A DNA stretch of 64,000 bases from Eledone cirrhosa (taxonomy: Eukaryota), in assembly GCA_964016885.1 (NCBI GenBank), contig OZ024744.1, positions 14,508,001-14,572,000 of the forward strand, given 5' to 3'. The translations under genes and the position numbers were made by a program. Below are positions 55,901 to 64,000 of this stretch, one piece after another. Within the stretch, counting starts at the first letter, position 1, and every line of letters begins with the position of its first letter. The notes beneath the pieces are model-generated. The model had not been told where the DNA came from. It saw only the letters and a program-made list of their open reading frames with translations, and did not search any database.

Positions 55901-58900
55901 CTAAGTCATGTGCCTCCATTGCAAGGCCAATGCTCTAACCACTAAGTCATGTGCCTCCATTTTAAGGCCAATGCTCTAACCACTAAGCCATGTGCCTCCA
56001 TTGCAAGGCCAATACTCTAACCACTAAGTCATGTGCCTCCATTGCAAGGCCAATGCTCTAACCACTAAGTCATGTGCCTCCATTGCAAGGCCAATGCTCT
56101 AACCACTAAGCAATGTGCCTCCATTGCAAGGCCAATGCTCTAACAACTAAGCCATGTGCCTCCATTGCAAGGCCAACGCTCTAACCACTAAGCCATGAGC
56201 CTCCATTGCAAGGCCAATGCTCTAACCACTAAGCCATGTGCCTCCATTGCAAGGCCAATGCTCTAACCACTAAGCCATGTGCCTACATTGCAAGGCCAAT
56301 GCTCTAACCACTAAGCCATGTGCTTCCATTGCAAGGCCAATGCTCTAACCACTAAGCCATGTGCCTCCATTGCAAGGCCAATGTTCTAACCACTAAGACA
56401 TGTGCCTCCATTGCAAGGCCAATGCTCTAACCACTAAGTCATGTGCCTCCATTGCAAGGCCAATGCTCTAACCACTAAGTCATGTGCCTCCATTGCAAGG
56501 CCAATGCTCTAACCACTAAGTCATGCGCCTCCATTGCAAGGCCAATGCTCTAACCACTAAGTCATGTGCCTCCATTGCAAGGCCGATTCTCTAACCACTA
56601 AACCATCTGCCTCCATTGCAAGGCCAATGCTCTAACCATTAAGCCATGTGCCTCCATTGCAAGGCCAATGCTCCAACCACTAAGTCATGTGCCTCCATTC
56701 CAAGGCCAATGCTCTAACCACTAAGTCATGTGCCTCCATTGCAAGGCCAATGCTCTAACCACTAAGTCATGTGCCTCCATTGCAAGGTCAATGCTCTAAC
56801 CACTAAGCCATGTGCCTCCATTGCAAGGCCAATGCTCTAACCACTAAGCCATGTGCCTCCACTGCAAGGCCAATGCTCTAACCACTAAGTCATGTGCCTC
56901 CATTGCAAGGCCAATGCTCTAACCACTAAGTCATGTGCCTCCATTGCAAGGCCAATGCTCTAACCACTAAGCCATGTGCCTCCATTGCAAGGCAATGCTC
57001 TAACCAATAAGCCATGTGCCTCCATTGCAAGGCCAATACTCTAACCACTAAGCCATGTGCCTCCATTGCAAGGCCAATGCTCTAACCAATAAGCCATGTG
57101 CCTCCATTGCAAGGCCAATGCTCTAACCACTAAGCCATGTGCCTCCATTGCAAGGCCAATGCTCTAACCACTAAGCCATGTTCCTCCATTGCAAGGACAA
57201 TGCTCTAACCACTAAGTCATGTGCCTCCATTGCAAGGCCAATGCTCTAACCACTAAACCATCTGCCTCCATTGCAAGGCCAATGCTCTAACCAATAAGCC
57301 ATGTGCCTCCATTGCAAGGCCAATGCTCTAACCAATAAGCCATGTGCCTCCATTGCAAGGCCAATGTTCTAATCACTAAGTCATGTGCCTCCATTGCAAG
57401 GCCAATGCTCTAACCGCTAAGTCATGTGCCTCCATTGCAAGGCCAATGCTCTAACCACTAAACCATCTGCCTCCATTGCAAGGCCAATGCTCTAACCACT
57501 AAGTCATGTGCCTCCATTGCAAGGCCAATGCTCTAACCACTAAGCCATGTGCCTCCATTGCAAGGCCAATACTCTAACCACTAAGTCACGTGCCTCCATT
57601 GCAAGGCCAATGCTCTAACCACTAAGTCATGTGCCTCCATTGCAAGGCCAATGCTCTAACCACTAGGTCTGTGCCTCCATTGCAAGCCCAATGCTCTAAC
57701 CACTAAGTCATGCGCCTCCATTGCAAGGCCAATGCTCTAACCACTAAGCCATGTGCCTCCATTGCAAGGCCAATGCTCTAACCACTAAGCCATGTGCCTC
57801 CATTGCAAGGCCAATTCTCTAGCCACTAAGCCATGTGCCTCCATTGCAAGGCCAATGCTCTAACCACTAAGTCATGTGCCTCCATAGCAAGGCCAATGCT
57901 CTAACCACTAAGCCATGTGCCTCCACTGCAAGGCCAATGCTCTAACCACTAAGTCATGTGCCTCCATTGCAAGGCCAATGCCCTAACCACTAAGTCATGT
58001 GCCTCCATTGCAAGGCCAATGCTCTAACCACTAAGCCATGTGCCTCCATTGCAAGGCCAATGCTCTAACAACTAAGCCATGTGCCTCCATTGCAAGGCCA
58101 ACGCCCTAACCACTAAGCGATGTGCCTCCATTGCAAGTCCAATGCTCTAACCACTAAGCCATGTGCCACCATTGCAAGGCCAATGCTCTAACCACTAAGC
58201 CATGTGCCTCCATTGCAAGGCCAATGTTCTAACCTCTAAGCCATGTGCTTCCATTGCAAGGCCAATGCTCTTACCACTAAGCCATGTGCCTCCATTGCAA
58301 GGCCAATGTTCTAACCACTAAGTCATGTGCCTCCATTGCAAGGCCAATGCTCTAACCACTAAGTCATGTGCCTCCATTGCAAGGCCAATGCTCTAACCAC
58401 TAAACCATCTGCCTCCATTGCAAGGCCACTGCTCTAACCACTAAGTCATGTACCTCCATTGCCAGGCCAATGCTCTAACCACTAAGCCATGTGCCTCCAT
58501 TGCAAGGCCAATACTCTAACCACTAAATCATGTGCCTCCATTGCAAGGCCAATGCTCTAACCACTAAGTCATGTGCCTCCACTGCAAGGCCAATGCTCTA
58601 ACCACTAAGCCATGTGCCTCCATTGCAAGGCCAATGCTCTAACCACTAAGCCATGTTCCTCCATTGCAAGGCCAATGCTCTAACCACTAAGTCATGTGCC
58701 TCCATTGCAAGGCCAATGCTCTAACCACTAAGTCATGTGCCTCCATTTTAAGGCCAATGCTCTAACCACTAAGCCATGTGCCTCCATTGCAAGGCCAATG
58801 CTCTAACCACTAAGTCATGTGCCTCCGTTGCAAGGCCAATGCTCTAACCACTAAGTCATGTGCCTCCATTTTAAGGCCAATGCTCTAACCACTAAGCCAT

Positions 58901-61900
58901 GTGCCTCCATTGCAAGGCCAATGCTCTAACCACTAAACCATCTGCCTCCGTTGCAAGGCCAATGCTCTAACCACTAAACCATCTGCCTCCGTTGCAAGGC
59001 CAATGCTCTAACCACTAAGCCATCTGCCTCCATTGCAAGGCCAATGCTCTAACCACTAAGCCATGTGCCTCCATTGCAAGGACAATGCTCTAACCAATAA
59101 GCCATGTGCCTCCATTGCAAGGCCAATACTCTAACCACTAAGCCATGTGCCTCCATTGCAAGGCCAATGCTCTAACCAATAAGCCATGTGCCTCCATTGC
59201 AAGGACAATGCTCTAACCAATAAGCCATGTGCCTCCATTGCAAGGCCAATACTCTAACCACTAAGCCATGTGCCTCCATTGCAAGGCCAATGCTCTAACC
59301 AATAAGCCCTGTGCCTCCATTGCAAGGCCAATGCTCTAACCACTAAGCCATGTGCCTCCATTGCAAGGCCAATGCTCTAACCACTAAGCCATGTTCCTCC
59401 ATTGCAAGGACAATGCTCTAACCACTAAGTCATGTTCCTCCATTGCAAAGCCAATGCTCTAACCACTAAGCCATGTGCCCCCATTGCAAGGCCAATGCTC
59501 TAACCACTAAGCCATGTGCCACCATTGCAAGGCCAACGCTCTAACCACTAAACCATCTGCCTCCGTTGCAAGGCTAATGCTCTAACCACTAAGCCATCTG
59601 CCTCCATTGCAAGGCCAATGCTCTAACCACTAAGCCATGTGCCTCCATTGCAAGGCCAATGCTCTAACCAATAAGCCATGTGCCTCCATTGCAAGGCCAA
59701 TGTTCTAACCACTAAGTCATGTGCCTCCATTGCAAGGCCAATGCTCTAACCACTAAGTCATGTGCCTCCATTGCAAGGCCAATGCTCTAACCACTAAACC
59801 ATCTGCCTCCATTGCAAGGCCAATGCTCTAACCACTAAGTCATGTGCCTTCATTGCAAGGCCAATGCTCTAACCACTAAGCCATGTGCCTCCATTGCAAG
59901 GCCAATACTCTAACCACTAAGTCATGTGCCTCCATTGCAAGGCCAATGCTCTAACCACTAAGTCATGTGCCTCCATTGCAAGGTCAATGCTCTAACCACT
60001 AAGTCATGTGCCTCCATTGCAAGGCCAATGCTCTAACCACTAAGTCATGTGCCTCCATTGCAAGGCCAATGCTCTAACCACTAAGTCATGTGCCTCCATT
60101 GCAAGGCCAATGCTCTAACCACTAAGCCATGTGCCTCCATTGCAAGGCCAATCCTCTAACCACTAAGCCATGTGCCTCCACTGCAAGGCCAATGCTCTAA
60201 CCACTAAGTCATGTGCCTCCATTGCAAGGCCAATGCTCTAACCACTAAGTCAGGTGCCTCCATTGCAAGGCCAATGCTCTAACCACTAAGCCATGTGCCT
60301 CCATTGCAAGGCAATGCTCTAACCAATAAGCCATGTGCCTCCATTGCAAGGCCAATACTCTAACCACTAAGCCATGTGCCTCCATTGCAAGGCCAATGCT
60401 CTAACCAATAAGCCATGTGCCTCCATTGCAAGGCCAATGCTCTAACCACTAAGCCATGTGCCTCCATTGCAAGGCCAATGCTCTAACCACTAAGCCATGT
60501 TCCTCCATTGCAAGGACAATGCTCTAACCACTAAGTCATGTTCCTCCATTGCAAAGCCAATGCTCTAACCACTAAGCCATGTGCCCCCATTGCAAGGCCA
60601 ATGCTCTAACCACTAAGCCATGTGCCACCATTGCAAGGCCAATGCTCTAACCACTAAGCCATCTACCTCCATTGCAAGGCCAATGCACTAACCACTAAGC
60701 CATGTGCCTCCATTGCAAGGCCAATGCTCTAACCAATAAGCCATGTGCCTCCATTGCAAGGCCAATGTTCTAATCACTAAGTCATGTGCCTCCATTGCAA
60801 GGCCAATGCTCTAACCACTAAGTCATGTGCCTCCATTGCAAGGCCAATGCTCTAACCACTAAACCATCTGCCTCCATTGCAAGGCCAATGCTCTAACCAC
60901 TAAGTCATGTGCCTCCATTGCAAGGCCAATGCTCTAACCACTAAGCCATGTGCCTCCATTGCAAGGCCAATACTCTAACCACTAAGTCACGTGCCTCCAT
61001 TGCAAGGCCAATGCTCTAACCACTAAGTCATGTGCCTCCATTGCAAGCCCAATGCTCTAACCATTAGGTCTGTGCCTCCATTGCAAGCCCAATGCTCTAA
61101 CCACTAAGCCATGTGCCTCCATTGCAAGGCCAATACTCTAACCACTAAGTCATGTGCCTCCATTGCAAGGCAAATGCTCTAACCACTAAGTCATGTGCCT
61201 CCACTGCAAGGCCAATGCTCTAACCACTAAGCCATGTGCCTCCATGGCAAGGCCAATGCTCTAACCACTAAGCCATGTTCCTCCATTGCAAGGCCAATGC
61301 TCTAACCACTAAGTCATGTGCCTCCATTGCAAGGCCAATGCTCTAACCACTAAGTCATGTGCCTCCATTTTAAGGCCAATGCTCTAACCACTAAGCCATG
61401 TGCCTCCATTGCAAGGCCAATACTCTAACCACTAAGTCATGTGCCTCCATTGCAAGGCCAATGCTCTAACCACTAAGTCATGTGCCTCCATTGCAAGGTC
61501 AATGCTCTAACCACTAAGTCATGTGCCTCCATTGCAATGCCAATGCTCTAACCACTAATTCATGTGCCACCATTGCAAGGCCAATGCTCTAACCACTAAG
61601 TCATGTGCCTCCATTGCAAGGCCAATGCTCTAACCACTAAGTCATGCGCCTCCATTGCAAGGCCAATGCTCTAACCACTAAGCCATGTGCCTCCATTGCA
61701 AGGCCAATGCTCTAACCACTAAGCCATGTGCCTCTATTGCAAGGCCAATTCTCTAACCACTAAGCCATGTGCCTCCATTGCAAGGCCAATGCTCTAACCA
61801 CTAAGTCATGTGCCTCCATTGCAAGGCCAATGCTCTAACCACTAAACCATCTGCCTCCATTGCAAGGCCAATGCTCTAACCACTAAGCCATGTGCCTCCA

Positions 61901-64000
61901 TTGCAAGGCCAATGCTCCAAACACTAAGTCATGTGCCTCCATTGCAAGGCCAATGCTCTAACCACTAAACCATCTGCCTCCATTGCAAGGCCAATGCTCT
62001 AACCACTAAGTCATGTGCCTCCATTGCAAGGCCAATGCTCTAACCACTAAGCCATGTGCCTCCATTGCAAGGCCAATGCTCTAACCACTAAGTCATGTTC
62101 CTCCATTGCAAATCCAATGCTCTAACCACTAAGCCATGTGCCTCCATTGCAAGGCCAATGCTCTAACCACTAAGCCATGTGCCACCATTGCAAGGCCAAT
62201 GCTCTAACCACTAAGCCATGTGCCACCATTGCAAGGCCAATGCTCTAACCACTAAACCATCTGCCTCCGTTGCAAGGCCAATGCTCTAACCACTAAGCCA
62301 TCTGCCTCCATTGCAAGGCCAATGCTCTAACCACTAAGCCATGTGCCTCCATTGCAAAGCCAATGCTCTAACCAATAAGCCATGTGCCTCCATTGCAAGG
62401 CCAATACTCTAACCACTAAGCCATGTGCCTCCATTGCAAGGCCAATGCGCTAACCAATAAGCCATGTGCCTCCATTGCAAGGCCAATGCTCTAACCACTA
62501 AGCCATGTGCCTCCATTGCAAGGCCAATGCTCTAACCACTAAGCCATGTTCCTCCATTGCAAGGACAATGCTCTAACCACTAAGTCATGTTCCTCCATTG
62601 CAAAGCCAATGCTCTAACCACTAAGCCCTGTGCCCCCATTGCAAGGCCAATGCTTTAACCACTAAGCCATGGGCCACCATTGCAAGGCCAATGCTCTAAC
62701 CACTAAACCATCTCCCTCCATTGCAAGGCCAATGCTCTAACCACTAAGCCATGTGCCTCCATTGCAAGGCCAATGCTCTAACCAATAAGCCATGTGCCTC
62801 CATTGCAAGGCCAATACTCTAACCACTAAGTCATGTGCCTCCATTGCAAGGTCAATGCTCTAACCACTAAGCCATGTGCCTCCATTGCAAGGCCAATGCT
62901 CTAACCACAAATCATGTGCCTCCATTGCAAGGCCAATACTCTAACCACTAAGCCATGTGCCTCCATTGCAAGGCCAATGCTCTAACAACTAAGCCATTTG
63001 CCTACATTGCAAGTCCAATGCTCTAACCACTAAGTCATGCGCCTCCATTGTAAGGCCAATGCTCTAACCACTAAGACATGTGCCTCCATTGAAAGGCCAA
63101 TGCTCTAACCACTAAGCCATGTATCTCCATTGCAAGGCCAATGCTCTAACCACTAAGCCATGTGCCTCCATTGCAAGGCCAATGCTCTAACAACTAAGTC
63201 ATGTGCCTCCATTGCAACGCCAATGCTCTAACCACTAAGCCATGTGCCTCCATTGCAAGGCCAATACTCTAACCCCTAAGCCATGTGCCTCCATTGCAAG
63301 GCCAATGCTCTAACCACTAAGCCATGTGCCTCCACTGCAAGTCCAATGCTCTAACCACTAAGTCATGTGCCTCCATTGCAAGGCCAATGCTCTAACCACT
63401 AAGCCATGTGCCACCATTGCAAGGCCAATGCTCTAACCACTAAACCATCTGCCTCCGTTGCAAGGCCAATGCTCTAACCACTAAACCATCTGCCTCCGTT
63501 GCAAGGCCAATGCTCTAACCACTAAGCCATCTGCCTCCATTGCAAGGCCAATGCTCTAACCACTAAGCCATGTGCCTCCATTGCAAGGACAATGCTCTAA
63601 CCAATAAGCCATGTGCCTCCATTGCCAGGCCAATACTCTAACCGCTAAGCCATGTGCCTCCATTGCAAGGCCAATACTCTAACCAATAAGCCCTGTAACT
63701 CCATTGCAAGGCCAATGCTCTAACCACTAAGCCATGTGCCTCCATTGCAAGGCCAATGCTCTAACCACTAAGCCATGTTCCTCCATTGCAAGGACAATGC
63801 TCTAACCACTAAGTCATGTTCCTCCATTGCAAAGCCAATGCTCTAACCACTAAGCCATGTGCCCCCATTGCAAGGGCAATGCTCTGAACCACTAAGCCAT
63901 GTGCCACCATTGCAAGGCCAACGCTCTAACCACTAAACCATCTGCCTCCGTTGCAAGGCTAATGCTCTAACCACTAAGCCATCTGCCTCCATTGCAAGGC

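Larger units (their letters stand above)
1..64000. repeat. 41-bp tandem satellite array (~1,560 monomers, head-to-tail, runs off both window ends)
   Basis: Consensus AGGCCAATGCTCTAACCACTAAGCCATGTGCCTCCATTGCA recurs every 41 bp throughout. Most monomers differ by 0-3 substitutions. Occasional 42-bp (GCCCCCCATT) and 40-bp (AAGGCAATG; ACTAGGTCTGTG) monomers occur. No non-repeat sequence seen. Confidence 0.99.

Noticed and set aside
63881-63890. Possible B box on the minus strand (GGTTCAGAGC; also GGTTCGTGC near 7514)
   Set aside because: Neither matches GTTCRANNC. Both are point variants of the normal monomer.
1-64000. CRISPR array (repeat length in a similar range, weak palindrome)
   Set aside because: Monomers abut directly with no unique spacers, and there is no leader or cas gene.
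1-64000. Repetitive protein-coding ORF
   Set aside because: 41 is not a multiple of 3, so frames rotate. Each monomer has two TAA on + and two TAG on -, so all six frames hit stops within about three monomers.

Overview
The whole 64-kb window is one uninterrupted head-to-tail tandem array (satellite DNA) of a 41-bp monomer, about 1,560 copies, all in one orientation. The + strand consensus is AGGCCAATGCTCTAACCACTAAG(C/T)CATGTGCCTCCATTGCA (~51% GC). I saw no unique sequence, protein-coding gene, complete RNA gene, transposon or CRISPR spacer. Read on the minus strand, the monomer (GGAGGCACA-TGGCTTAGTGG-TTAGAGC-ATTGGC-CTTGCAA-T) looks like the 5' half of a tRNA or the head of a tRNA-derived SINE. 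It has a Pol III A box, a pairable D-arm and an anticodon-loop-like heptamer in correct register, but no B box, T-arm or 3' half. Rare diagnostic variants reveal nested higher-order duplications with offsets of 943, 1435, 1598, 2173, 2338, 2665, 2747, ~4500, 9308 and ~26,300 bp. The centre-left is the most homogeneous part and the right end carries more private variants. Duplication boundaries were read by eye from marker variants and are accurate only to one or a few monomers. The host organism cannot be determined, though the pattern is typical of a eukaryotic genome.
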